Shown here piece by piece: positions 1 to 8,765 of a stretch of 64,000 bases of DNA. A program made the translations under genes and the position numbers. Source of the stretch: a virus. Within the stretch, counting starts at the first letter, position 1; each line of letters begins with the position of its first letter. The notes beneath the pieces were generated by a model that saw nothing but the letters and a program-made list of their open reading frames with translations, had not been told where the DNA came from and did no database searches. The stretch spans positions 1 through 64,000 of the IMG/VR virus record IMGVR_UViG_3300031991_000011; one strand, written 5' to 3'.

Positions 1-24
1 CGAGTCACAATAGGAGAATCACAC

Positions 25-1761
25 ATGGCAAGAGAAGTTCACACGGGCGACATGGTGGCGCACCTTTGGGCGCACCAATCGCAGGACTCCGCGCGGCGCG
101 GAGATGGTCGACTCAATTTCAGCGGTCGCGCGATCTATTCTTACGGCTCGCATTTTCTGGCGGGCTATATGCTCGGCGAAGGCGATGCACGAGTCGCGCT
201 GATAAATTCGGACTCCTACTCGATAAGCACGAGTCGGCATATGGGAATGATTCGGGGCGCCGTTCGCCACATGACGGCGCACAACGTTCCTAGCCTTTCC
301 GATTTGCGCGACTATTTCAACGTGACGGAATCACGTTACTGGAAAGAAGAGGACTCGACGCGCGAGCGCTGGCGCGTGCGGCTGACTCAGTTTGTCACGC
401 AACACGCGCAAGGGCTGACGCCGGAAGCAACTGCGGCCCTTTTCTCGCCGCTTGCGCTTCCCGCGCGTTCCGTCGCGGCGATCTATAGGAAAGCGCTCGC
501 CGAACGTGTGCGGCTCGACGCCAAGGAAGCCGCAGACTCCAAGCGGGCCGCCGAACAAGAGCGACTCGACTATGCGAAACACGTTGCGCGCATGACGCCG
601 GCGCAATTCGCCGCGACGTTCCCGCGCGATGCGGATTTAGAGCCGCGCGGCTCTAAGCCTTGGGAAGTTCGCCAAGTCGAAAACTTTTCGCGCAAAGTCA
701 ACGCGACGATTCGGCAATCGTCCAAGCTGGGCAAGCGCGACGCCGCGAGCTTGCGCGAGCGTGTGCGCCAATGGCGGGCGCACAAAGCAGGCATGACGGA
801 ACGAGTCCGCGAAGCCTATCGCCAAGAACGGCGCGACGCCTTCGCGGCTTGGGTGCAAGCCGGGAAGCCATACCAAGGGCGCCCGCCTTCATGGAAATAC
901 GGAACGAAGGAACACGGGCCGGCGCCGTTCCCTGGATTCCGTGAAGCTTGGGAAGCGCTCACGCTAAGCGAAGCCGAACAACACGACTCGGAACGCCGCG
1001 CGGCTTTTGACGCATGGCAAGCAGGCGGGCCGCGCCCCTCGCCGAACACATGGGCGGAGGGAACGCCAGAACGCCAAGCAATCGACGCCGCGCGAGTGTT
1101 TGAGCGCGTCGCGCGAGTGTTTGAGCGCGTCGCGCTTGCCCAGCAATGGCGAGACTGGCGCGCCGGTATCATTCCGAATCATCCGCCCGCCTCGCCCTTC
1201 TTTCTGGGGATTGATCACGATGGAATCCCCATACTCGGCGACAAAGAACAAGACCGCGCCGCGTGGTTGATTCTCTGCGATGCGGAAGCCGAAGACTCCC
1301 GGCGCGAGCGTGCGGCGAAAGCGGCCCGCGAAGAGTCGGAACGTGCGGAAAAGCTCGCCGCATGGTTCAACGGCGCGCCGGGCCCCTGCCCAATCCGCAA
1401 GGCGCCTAGCGGCGGGGCGTATCTGCGAATCCGTGGCGATCAAGTCGAAACGTCCGAAGGCGCGCAAGTTCCGCTTGCGCATGCGATTCGTGCGTTCAAG
1501 GTCGCAAAGGCTTTGCGGGAGAAACACTACGACTCCGCGAATCCTGATAGCCCCGCGAACAAGCGCGACGTGTGGAAAAGCAACGGGCGAGTCGTTCGAG
1601 TCGGTCACTTCACGGTTGATGCGATTCAAGCGAACGGATCATTCCGCGCCGGTTGTCACTTTCTGGCGTGGCCTGATATCGAGCGCGCGGCCCTTGCGGC
1701 TGGCGTGTTTGATGAGCCGGGCGATTTGAGCGGAATCGAATCCCGGAACGTAGCAGCATGA
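25..1761 (+). CDS. hypothetical protein (578 aa) with internal tandem duplication
   Basis: long ORF with protein-like composition starting 24 nt into the window after an AGGAGAA RBS-like sequence; no motif recognised. Confidence 0.5.
   Translation: MAREVHTGDMVAHLWAHQSQDSARRGDGRLNFSGRAIYSYGSHFLAGYMLGEGDARVALINSDSYSISTSRHMGMIRGAVRHMTAHNVPSLSDLRDYFNVTESRYWKEEDSTRERWRVRLTQFVTQHAQGLTPEATAALFSPLALPARSVAAIYRKALAERVRLDAKEAADSKRAAEQERLDYAKHVARMTPAQFAATFPRDADLEPRGSKPWEVRQVENFSRKVNATIRQSSKLGKRDAASLRERVRQWRAHKAGMTERVREAYRQERRDAFAAWVQAGKPYQGRPPSWKYGTKEHGPAPFPGFREAWEALTLSEAEQHDSERRAAFDAWQAGGPRPSPNTWAEGTPERQAIDAARVFERVARVFERVALAQQWRDWRAGIIPNHPPASPFFLGIDHDGIPILGDKEQDRAAWLILCDAEAEDSRRERAAKAAREESERAEKLAAWFNGAPGPCPIRKAPSGGAYLRIRGDQVETSEGAQVPLAHAIRAFKVAKALREKHYDSANPDSPANKRDVWKSNGRVVRVGHFTVDAIQANGSFRAGCHFLAWPDIERAALAAGVFDEPGDLSGIESRNVAA
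1090..1131 (+). repeat. perfect 2 x 21-nt tandem repeat inside CDS (ARVFERV ARVFERV)
   Basis: gcgcgagtgtttgagcgcgtc occurs twice back to back. Confidence 0.8.
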
Positions 1762-1910
1762 GCGGGCTAATCGCTCGCGGCGTGCTCGGCGCCGTTATCG
1801 CGGTTTCCGCGATAGCGTGCGCCGTCGCCGCGCTCGCGCAATGGTGGCGTGAAGCCATTATGTGCGGGGCTTTCCTTTCACTTCTCAACACATGGTGGAA
1901 TCGAAAATGA
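1758..1910 (+). CDS. small hydrophobic membrane protein (50 aa)
   Basis: ATGA overlap with upstream stop; translation MSGLIARGVLGAVIAVSAIACAVAALAQWW is one TM helix. Confidence 0.3.
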   Translation: MSGLIARGVLGAVIAVSAIACAVAALAQWWREAIMCGAFLSLLNTWWNRK

Positions 1911-2248
1911 CTCGGACATACTTAGACTCGGACGCCCGCCAATGGCTTACAGTTGCCATTGAGCACGGCGCGAAAATCGGCAAAGCCTCTAACGGGCTTT
2001 TCGTCGTTTTCAATCAGCCGGACTCCTTCCTTTGGGATTCCTATTTTTCCAGGGCCGAAACTGCGGCGCGGGCTTATTGTCGAGTGCACGGACTCACATG
2101 GCCTAACACTGCGGCGAGCCCCGCCGCTCTAGCAGCGGCGCGCGTGTTTCAGCGCGAGCAAGCAGAGCTAGACCTAGCACGGGCGCGCCGGTTCATGCGC
2201 GCCAGCGATGAAGAGGAGGCGCGCAAGCGCCTTGCGGCGTTGTCATGA
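1907..2248 (+). CDS. hypothetical protein
   Basis: ORF 1862..2248 frame; ATG 1907 preceded by GGTGGAA; stop overlaps ligase start; start uncertain (ATG 1892 alternative). Confidence 0.4.
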   Translation: MTRTYLDSDARQWLTVAIEHGAKIGKASNGLFVVFNQPDSFLWDSYFSRAETAARAYCRVHGLTWPNTAASPAALAAARVFQREQAELDLARARRFMRASDEEEARKRLAALS

Positions 2249-3219
2249 GCGGCGCGCAATTTCGCCCCATGCTCGCGACGGCGCCGGAACCGGAGTCGCA
2301 TCCTTTGCGCTTCCCGTTCTATGCCTCGCCCAAGCTAGACGGGATTCGTTGCGTGATCACGCCGCAAGGGGCGAGGACTCGGGCGCTAAAGGAGATTCCA
2401 AACCGGAAGCTTGCGGCCCTGCTTTCCTCGCCCGATCTAGTCGGACTCGACGGCGAACTAATTGCGGGCGATCCGTGCGCCCGCGATGTCATGCAACGCA
2501 CGTCTAGCGCCGTCATGAGCGAAGAGTCGGACGATTGGCGCAACGTTGCCTTTCACGCCTTCGATTGTGTCGATTGCTGGAATGCGCCCGCGACTCCCTT
2601 CAACGTCCGACTCCAGGATGCGCGCCGCGTTGTGCGAAACTGGGCAGGCGGCCCGCCCGACTATGCACGGGACGACTCACGATGGCCGCGCGGCGGGCCC
2701 GTTCGATTCCTAGATCAAACGAGGCTCGATAGCTGGGCAAGCGTTGAAGCGTTCATGACTCCGCTAATGCTGGCGGGCTTTGAAGGCGTCATGTTGCGGG
2801 CGCCGGAAGGGCTTTACAAGTTCGGGCGAAGCACGGCGCGCGAGCAAGGACTCCTAAAGCTGAAACGCTTTGTTGATTCGGAAGCGCGAGTCGTGGGCGT
2901 CTATGAACGGGAGCACAACACAAACGCGCAAGAGCGAAGCGAGCTAGGACTCGCCAAGCGTTCAACACACAAGGCCGGAAAGGTAGCGGCTGGCGATCTA
3001 GGGGGCGTGGTTGTGCAGCTAGGGCCGCCCTGGAAAGCGGACACACTGCGAATCGGGAACGGGTGGACTCTCGCGCAACGCCGCGAGCTATGGGGCGCGG
3101 ATCAAGGCGCGAGCCTGCTAGGACGCTGGGCGAAGTTCAAATATCAGCCGGAAGGCTCTAAGGACGCCCCACGGCTCCCGGTATGGCTTGGCTGGCGTTC
3201 GCCCCTCGATATGAGCTAG
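2245..3219 (+). CDS. lig: ATP-dependent DNA ligase (small phage-type)
   Basis: motif I KLDGIR (SPKLDGIRCV), motif III FHAFDCV, motif IV EGVMLR, motif V GLLKLK; 324 aa. Confidence 0.85.
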   Translation: MSGAQFRPMLATAPEPESHPLRFPFYASPKLDGIRCVITPQGARTRALKEIPNRKLAALLSSPDLVGLDGELIAGDPCARDVMQRTSSAVMSEESDDWRNVAFHAFDCVDCWNAPATPFNVRLQDARRVVRNWAGGPPDYARDDSRWPRGGPVRFLDQTRLDSWASVEAFMTPLMLAGFEGVMLRAPEGLYKFGRSTAREQGLLKLKRFVDSEARVVGVYEREHNTNAQERSELGLAKRSTHKAGKVAAGDLGGVVVQLGPPWKADTLRIGNGWTLAQRRELWGADQGASLLGRWAKFKYQPEGSKDAPRLPVWLGWRSPLDMS

Positions 3220-3260
3220 GCGCGCCCCGCACGCGCTGGCGCCGATCCTGGCGCGATCTA

Positions 3261-3298
3261 GGGCCCGTCGCGGGAGCGGCGGGCCCTTTCCTTTGTCC
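3261..3298 (+). terminator. rho-independent terminator after ligase gene
   Basis: GGGCCCG-12nt loop-CGGGCCC stem followed by TTTCCTTTGTCC. Confidence 0.55.
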
Positions 3299-3357
3299 GG
3301 GCCCTGGCGGGCCCCAGACGGGCGCCCACGGGGCGCGCCGGGCGTCGCCGCATGTCC

Positions 3358-3410
3358 GGGCCCCGCGCCAGCCGGCGCGCACGGGCCCCGCGCCAGCCGG
3401 CGCGCACGGG
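3358..3410. repeat. 2 x 25-nt tandem direct repeat in GC-rich noncoding region
   Basis: gggccccgcgccagccggcgcgcac repeated back to back; surrounding 3220-3845 lacks credible ORF. Confidence 0.6.
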
Positions 3411-3845
3411 CGAGGCTCCTAGGGCCGCTGGCGCATGCGTCCAAGATCGGGCGCGGGGCGCCCGCATCGGCCGGACGTGTCCAAGCGGGCCGCATGTGGC
3501 CGAGTCGAGCCTCGCCAGCCCGCCCAAGCGGCCAAGGGTGGCCGCGCGCCCGTGTTCGGCCGGCCCGACCTAACAGCCGGATAATTCCCAAAATTGGACT
3601 CGGGCGCGCCGGACGGGAATCGAACCGCGCATAGTAGGGCTTGTCGCCTTGCCTCAACCAATTGGCTCCCGGCGCTCCCGAGCCCACCACCTATAGGGCC
3701 GGGGCAGGAATTTTGGAACCCTAACTTGATCCATGGGAATTTCGGACCTTCAAGTTCATCCAAAAATATTTCAGGTCAGCCTCAGATTCAGAATTGACTC
3801 CGGCCGGGCGTTTGGGCACTCCTGTTGGCCTTCGAGAGGGAACCA

Positions 3846-4072
3846 TGAGCATCGAGCCCAGACGAAACGCCGTCCCAGGTCCGGTCAGTGACCTGTTCTT
3901 CAACCTCGACCTCGACCACTGCATCATACGCAACAAGAAGGGCGAGTTCGAGCAGTACGACGAGGACGCCCTGCTCCAGGAAGCCGAGTGGTTCGCCGAT
4001 TGCATCGGCAAGCTCAGCGGCGACCGCCCCCGCACCGACGACATCATCGCTGACTTCTACGGGAGGATTTGA
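3846..4072 (+). CDS. hypothetical protein (75 aa)
   Basis: ATG 3846 after GAGAGGGAACC; ORF track 3794..4072 frame; protein-like composition. Confidence 0.45.
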
Positions 4073-4074
4073 CG

Positions 4075-4457
4075 TGGACAGGTTCGATCTCCAGTGCAAA
4101 GAGTTCGACGCCCTGCGCGATCTCATCCAGGAGTGGGGCAGTCAGCCGGCCATCGTGGACGACTTCTATCCCGAGTGGCGGCACGGCTTCGAGAACAAGA
4201 TGCAGAGCTTCCTCCAGGCGTGCGAAGCCAACGGTCGGTTCCGCCCAACGTCACGTTTCGGCATGCGGCTGCCCGGCGTGGCGCTCCTGCGCGAAGCGGC
4301 AGAGAAGTTCCGGGCCTACGAGAAAGGCCACCGCGCCAAGGCAGACAGTTTCAAAGCCGCAGGTGAGTTCCTGGCCCACAACGGGGCCAACCACAAAGCC
4401 GCGGTCAACGCAGATATCGCCGCGCGAATCGAAGCGCACCTTCAATCGAGAGGTTGA
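4075..4457 (+). CDS. hypothetical protein
   Basis: GTG start immediately after upstream stop; in frame with ORF 3888..4457 whose N-terminal part is low-complexity GC-frame sequence. Confidence 0.4.
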
Positions 4458-4540
4458 AAAACGAATCTCGCAAAACGAAAATCGAAAAATGAATTTCGAT
4501 TTTTGGAATCGGATTTTCTTGAGCGGAAAAGGCTGAGCGA
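4458..4540 (+). promoter_or_regulatory. AT-rich intergenic region with imperfect palindrome
   Basis: aaatcgaaaaatgaatttcgattttt in an otherwise 64% GC genome; lies between gene clusters. Confidence 0.3.
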
Positions 4541-4684
4541 ATGCGCTACCTGTCCAGACTAATCGGAGTGAACCTGATCACGGGCGCCCTGTCGTGGGGG
4601 CTCGACTTCTCGGTGACGCCGACGCTGTTGCTCGGCATTGGCGCCACGCTCCTGCTCCTGGGCTACGAGGGCAAACGGCCGTGA
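4541..4684 (+). CDS. small membrane protein (47 aa)
   Basis: MRYLSRLIGVNLITGALSWGLDFSVTPTLLLGIGATLLLLGYEGKRP; hydrophobic, two predicted TM segments. Confidence 0.4.
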   Translation: MRYLSRLIGVNLITGALSWGLDFSVTPTLLLGIGATLLLLGYEGKRP

Positions 4685-4986
4685 CGACACGGAAGTCTCC
4701 GCTCGATCTCGCGCCCAACTCGGGCGTGCTGAATCTCGTCGAACGGATGGCCCTGCTCAAAATCGCGCTCGAAATGATCGACCGCAACGCCCCGTATGCG
4801 GGCGACGAGTTCCAGGGGGTGCGCGTCGCGCAAAGTCTGGTGAACCACGGCATGGTTGTTGCCTACTACACGGCGTCGCGGACCATCGCCGGCAAGAAGG
4901 ATTTCCACGGCTATCGCCTCACCATGCGGGGCAACGCCGCGGTAGGTGAAATCGCCCGCATCGTTTGCAAGGCCGCCGGCGCCTAG
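4681..4986 (+). CDS. hypothetical protein
   Basis: GTG 4681 overlapping upstream stop (GTGA); C-terminal 100 aa of ORF 4594..4986 is protein-like. Confidence 0.4.
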   Translation: MTTRKSPLDLAPNSGVLNLVERMALLKIALEMIDRNAPYAGDEFQGVRVAQSLVNHGMVVAYYTASRTIAGKKDFHGYRLTMRGNAAVGEIARIVCKAAGA

Positions 4987-5047
4987 ATGCCGAGCGACTA
5001 GACGGAATTAGCCACGGGTATCTAGTGGTGGCTACAAGGAGGTCGGA

Positions 5048-5203
5048 GTGACACAGGACGATATCATCGCCATCGTTCGCGAGAACGAGCGCATGAAGAC
5101 AGCGCTCAAAGCGCTGCTCTCGCTCGCGGAGACCGCGGTGATGGGCGCATGGCGCCAGAAGGTCTACGATCTCGCCCGCACGGGTCTGGGGCTCGGGCGA
5201 TGA
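5048..5203 (+). CDS. hypothetical small protein (51 aa)
   Basis: GTG start after GGAGGTCGGA RBS; first of 5 translationally coupled small ORFs. Confidence 0.35.
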   Translation: MTQDDIIAIVRENERMKTALKALLSLAETAVMGAWRQKVYDLARTGLGLGR

Positions 5204-5397
5204 TGTCCGGTAGCTTCACGAAGGAGTGGTGTCAACGGGCACCTATACGCTCTCTCGTGCCCCATATCACGCCAGAGGCGCGCAAGGCGCTGGATGCGCC
5301 GGCGGCCAGACTTCACGTTTGGATTGACGAGTCCGACTTAACGCTGCATTGGCGCGTAGTCTACGATTCGTCGGCATGGACGGGGCTTGGACGATGA
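5200..5397 (+). CDS. hypothetical small protein
   Basis: ATGA overlap coupling; ORF 5149..5397 frame. Confidence 0.35.
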   Translation: MMSGSFTKEWCQRAPIRSLVPHITPEARKALDAPAARLHVWIDESDLTLHWRVVYDSSAWTGLGR

Positions 5398-5663
5398 GAG
5401 TGATCTATCGCAGCGCTTTCGATCTCATCCGCGCCCGCTTGCTTATGGAAGAGCGCGGGGACGAGACCCTGAGCTTCTACGGCTCGATGCTCGACACCCA
5501 CGGCCCGCGCGTCCTGGAGACCGTCGATGCGTTCGCTGCCAAGTTCCCGTTCGACGCCCTGTGCGAGATGGTGGCCGATGACGAACCGGCCGCCATGCTC
5601 ATGGACGTTGACGCGCCCGAGGAAGTTCACACCTTCCTTTCAGACCTAGAGGACGCACTGTGA
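5394..5663 (+). CDS. hypothetical small acidic protein
   Basis: ATGA overlap coupling; ORF 5349..5663 frame. Confidence 0.4.
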   Translation: MRVIYRSAFDLIRARLLMEERGDETLSFYGSMLDTHGPRVLETVDAFAAKFPFDALCEMVADDEPAAMLMDVDAPEEVHTFLSDLEDAL

Positions 5664-5839
5664 TGGTCACGGAAACCCCACGCTTCCACAACGAAGAGCC
5701 GATCTTCCCTGTGCGCCCTGTCGCCTGGGGCCGCACCGCCGCGTACCTGAGCATCGTGCTCGCGTGCGGTGTCGTGATCGGCGTCGCGATCTTCGTCGCC
5801 GTGATAGAGGGCTCGGTCGTGGCCGGGTGCCTGTCATGA
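5660..5839 (+). CDS. hypothetical small membrane protein
   Basis: GTGATG overlap coupling; C-terminal hydrophobic stretch AAYLSIVLACGVVIGVAIFVAVI. Confidence 0.35.
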   Translation: MMVTETPRFHNEEPIFPVRPVAWGRTAAYLSIVLACGVVIGVAIFVAVIEGSVVAGCLS

Positions 5840-6168
5840 GCAGCGGCGTCGAGTTCATGACCGTGTTCGGCAAGCGCTGCGCAGTGCTGCCGGCCACCGA
5901 GGAGAACGTGATCCGCGCCGCTGCGGTGCTGTTCAATCGCGCCTCGACCTATCCGCAGATCGGCGACGAGGGCGTGATCTACGCCATCAAGCGCGTGCAC
6001 CTGGAGGCCACGCAGAGCATCGACGAGCGCACGATCCCGACATGGCGCTTTATTTGCAAGTACGGCTGCGAACTGCAAGGGCGTCTCGATATCTTCATCC
6101 ACAAGGCCCCGGAAGGGCTCGCGTGGGAAGATGCCGCGAAGCTCGTCGTCGTGATCCCTGAGAAATGA
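5836..6168 (+). CDS. hypothetical protein (110 aa)
   Basis: ATGA overlap; ORF 5764..6168 frame. Confidence 0.45.
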   Translation: MSSGVEFMTVFGKRCAVLPATEENVIRAAAVLFNRASTYPQIGDEGVIYAIKRVHLEATQSIDERTIPTWRFICKYGCELQGRLDIFIHKAPEGLAWEDAAKLVVVIPEK

Positions 6169-6179
6169 AGGAGACTTAG

Positions 6180-6758
6180 GTGTTTTTTAACCCGATCAAA
6201 ATCGGCAGAGGTTTCAAGGCCCTGGCCGACGCCTGGAAATACAACCTCAACGGCGACGCAGAGCGGCTTGCCGTAATCAAAAAGGTGCTCAAGGAACACC
6301 CCGAGATTCAAGAAGCCCTGCTGGTTGAGGGGGCTGTTCGCCTCGTGCCAAAAATCAGGCAAGCGAGAATGGCAACGGTCCAAGCCAAGAGCCCCCTCTC
6401 GCCACACTCGGCGGCGCACGTTGCCCGGAAGGTGTCTGGCGGAACCGGGACCGGCAGAAAACCAATATATGAGCGTGCTGTTGAGCTTCGTCGAATCGAT
6501 GAAGCGAAGATCGAAGCGTTCGACAAGATCGTCGAGATGCTGGATCACTTCAAGGTCGGCGACAAGAAGCTTGGAGACTGCACGAGAAGCGATTTGCTTC
6601 GGGCTGCTCGCGAGCTTGAGTCTCAATCCGAAGAAATGCAGACCCGCGCTGCTTTCTACAAGAGTCTTGCAGATATTGTGGGCAACAAGACCGTGCGCGA
6701 CGCCTCCCACCGCGGCGAAATCGTAGGGCTGCTCACCACGACATTCAAAGCTGCGTAA
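6180..6758 (+). CDS. hypothetical protein, low-GC island gene 1
   Basis: 192-aa ORF; local GC ~55% versus ~65% flanks. Confidence 0.5.
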   Translation: MFFNPIKIGRGFKALADAWKYNLNGDAERLAVIKKVLKEHPEIQEALLVEGAVRLVPKIRQARMATVQAKSPLSPHSAAHVARKVSGGTGTGRKPIYERAVELRRIDEAKIEAFDKIVEMLDHFKVGDKKLGDCTRSDLLRAARELESQSEEMQTRAAFYKSLADIVGNKTVRDASHRGEIVGLLTTTFKAA

Positions 6759-7670
6759 GTGTCCGAGCGCGAAACTCGCCTGCTCGAACGAGCGTTCGCC
6801 GCCGGTGTTCTTGCCTTCCGGGAGGGCAAGGGCATGGAAAACGCTGTCCTCCAACGCACCAAAAACCAAGTCTATGCGTTTAAGGCCGGCTGGCTTGAGG
6901 CAAAAGAAAAATGGAAACCCGGCGTTGAAACTCCGCAGGATTACAGATCGAGGTTTTGCGAAACCTACCCGCCCGACGAGTGCTGCTACTACTTGTGGGC
7001 GGAACTTTTCGAGAAATACTATCCGCGCCGCGCGGGGTTTTTGACGGAGTTCAAGACGCCTTTCGCTGAGATAGAAGACAAGCGTCTAAAACAGCGACGG
7101 GAAGAAGAACGCAAACAAGCCCAGCGAAAAGCAGACACGAAAAACTGGGAGGCTGTGTGGAATGCTGTGCTTCCCAGCGAATTTTACAGCCTGCTCGTGG
7201 AAGCAAAACTCCACGTCACGCAGACCTTTCTCTACCGCGAAGCGGAGGATAAAGCGCCACCGAGCTTGTTTCTGGAGAGCTATTCGGAGTCTTACGTCAG
7301 GTCGGCATCTTCCAACTACGAACCGTACCTAGAAGAAATGGTAGATAACAACCGGCAAAAAGCCATGGGGCGCCGCCGCGCGTGGTTGTGTGATCAGACC
7401 GTCGAACTTCTGGAGGAAGTTCTCCGCAGATATATGATAGACAACGCTTGGATGCTGGCAGAACTGTCGAACGAAACAATAGAGTACGGCCAGGAGCAAG
7501 TCTTATATTACGCTAAAAGCCAGAATCACTATGCGTGGGTGTCCGAACGAAAAGCGTCTTGGTCCTTTGGTGGTCACGCATACTCGGCCGAAAACTTCAA
7601 CACATGGTGGAAGCACGAAAAGCCAACTTCTATCGCTGTACTCCGTCGTGTAGCGCTAGGGTTTTGTTGA
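6759..7670 (+). CDS. hypothetical protein, low-GC island gene 2 (Trp/Tyr-rich, 303 aa)
   Basis: 303-aa ORF with ~50% GC, directly abutting the upstream gene. Confidence 0.5.
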   Translation: MSERETRLLERAFAAGVLAFREGKGMENAVLQRTKNQVYAFKAGWLEAKEKWKPGVETPQDYRSRFCETYPPDECCYYLWAELFEKYYPRRAGFLTEFKTPFAEIEDKRLKQRREEERKQAQRKADTKNWEAVWNAVLPSEFYSLLVEAKLHVTQTFLYREAEDKAPPSLFLESYSESYVRSASSNYEPYLEEMVDNNRQKAMGRRRAWLCDQTVELLEEVLRRYMIDNAWMLAELSNETIEYGQEQVLYYAKSQNHYAWVSERKASWSFGGHAYSAENFNTWWKHEKPTSIAVLRRVALGFC

Positions 7671-7877
7671 ATGATCATCAACCGCCCCGTCTGCTCGCAT
7701 TGCCACAAGCTCGTGCCCGAGCGCTGCGACGGCCGCACGTTTCGGCTGACCGGCAGCTACACCGGCGTCGTCTGCAAGGGCAGAGACGGCGCCGATCTCG
7801 ACATGCAGAACATGCGCTACCTGCTCACGGTCGGACACGGCAACCGATCCTGGGTGCCGATGGAAGAGGAGAAGTGA
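7671..7877 (+). CDS. small Cys-rich (zinc-ribbon-like) protein
   Basis: CSHCHK...ERCDGR...VCKGRDG pattern; 68 aa. Confidence 0.4.
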   Translation: MIINRPVCSHCHKLVPERCDGRTFRLTGSYTGVVCKGRDGADLDMQNMRYLLTVGHGNRSWVPMEEEK

Positions 7878-7878
7878 A

Positions 7879-8082
7879 ATGCGACGCAGAACTCGACGGG
7901 TGAAGCCGAAGCTCTCGGACACCATGCTCAAGCAGTACATCGTGTCGGTGTCTGTCGGCCCGGAAGAGATCGAGATGAAGCTCGACAATGGCGTGACGGT
8001 CACGATCAAGGCAGCGCGCGGCGCCACGCTCGCCGCAACGTTCCGAGCGCCGGCCACCGACGAACCGCTGGTCTGGGCCTGA
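7879..8082 (+). CDS. hypothetical protein
   Basis: 67-aa ORF tightly packed after the previous gene. Confidence 0.35.
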   Translation: MRRRTRRVKPKLSDTMLKQYIVSVSVGPEEIEMKLDNGVTVTIKAARGATLAATFRAPATDEPLVWA

Positions 8083-8086
8083 CACC

Positions 8087-8443
8087 ATGAAACCGACCAT
8101 CCAGATCGTGTTCGTGCTCGACCTGAAACGCCCCTGGCGGACGATCCGGCCCTGGGAGGCAGAAATCAAGAGCGGCCCCAAAATGACGTGGGCCCTGTTC
8201 AACGCTTCTGCGGGGTACTCGTCCGGCCATTGGCTTTTTGGGAAGCGAATGCTGCTGGGCCGTAGTGCCTTTTTCACTTTCCGCGACGCCGGCCTCGCTA
8301 AGATCGGTCGGCTGCGCAAAGAGCGTAAGAAGCTTGAAGGCTTGATGCGGTTGCCGGCTTACATCGCGCCGGGTGCCGACATGACGCTCAAGAAGGTGGT
8401 TGCGCAGATCGAGGCGTTCGACAAAACTGGAATGGTGCACTAG
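8087..8443 (+). CDS. hypothetical protein
   Basis: 118-aa ORF. Confidence 0.4.
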   Translation: MKPTIQIVFVLDLKRPWRTIRPWEAEIKSGPKMTWALFNASAGYSSGHWLFGKRMLLGRSAFFTFRDAGLAKIGRLRKERKKLEGLMRLPAYIAPGADMTLKKVVAQIEAFDKTGMVH

Positions 8444-8491
8444 GGAAAACGAACCTTTTTGGACCGGGAAAAATTCGGAGGGGAATCACCG

Positions 8492-8764
8492 ATGAAACTG
8501 TTGCGAAATCTAGCCGTACTTTTGAACCCGCCGCCACCGATCCCGCCCTTTCACTTCGCCTGCTCCATGGCGACGTTCCAGCGGCTCTCGGCGCAGTTCC
8601 GGCGCGAGACCGGGCCCGGCGTCGGCGACGAGCCCGAGGCCCGCCACCGGGCCGCCAGGGTCGAGGAGGTCTGGGCCGGGTTGCAGATTTTCATTGACGA
8701 CTCGCTGCCGCTTGGCCGATTGGAGAAGCGCGACGGCCGCGGGCCGGCGCCGCGAGGAGCCTGA
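8492..8764 (+). CDS. hypothetical protein
   Basis: ATG 8492 preceded by GGAGGGGAA RBS; ORF 8459..8764 frame. Confidence 0.4.
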   Translation: MKLLRNLAVLLNPPPPIPPFHFACSMATFQRLSAQFRRETGPGVGDEPEARHRAARVEEVWAGLQIFIDDSLPLGRLEKRDGRGPAPRGA

Positions 8765-8765
8765 G

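Noticed and set aside
964-1629. 221-aa minus-strand ORF and other antisense ORFs inside 25..1761
   Set aside because: Overlaps a better sense-strand ORF. Arg/Ala-rich composition is typical of an open antisense frame in high-GC DNA.
3595-3685. Possible full tRNA on minus strand (GGTTCGATTCC T-loop)
   Set aside because: Only 2 of 5 T-stem pairs form. An acceptor stem is found only in an offset register. Reported as a fragment or finding, not a tRNA gene.
3118-3763. Several 70-190-aa ORFs in all frames across 3118-3763
   Set aside because: They lie in a repeat-laden GC-rich stretch. Translations are Arg/Pro/Gly/Ala strings. Treated as noncoding.
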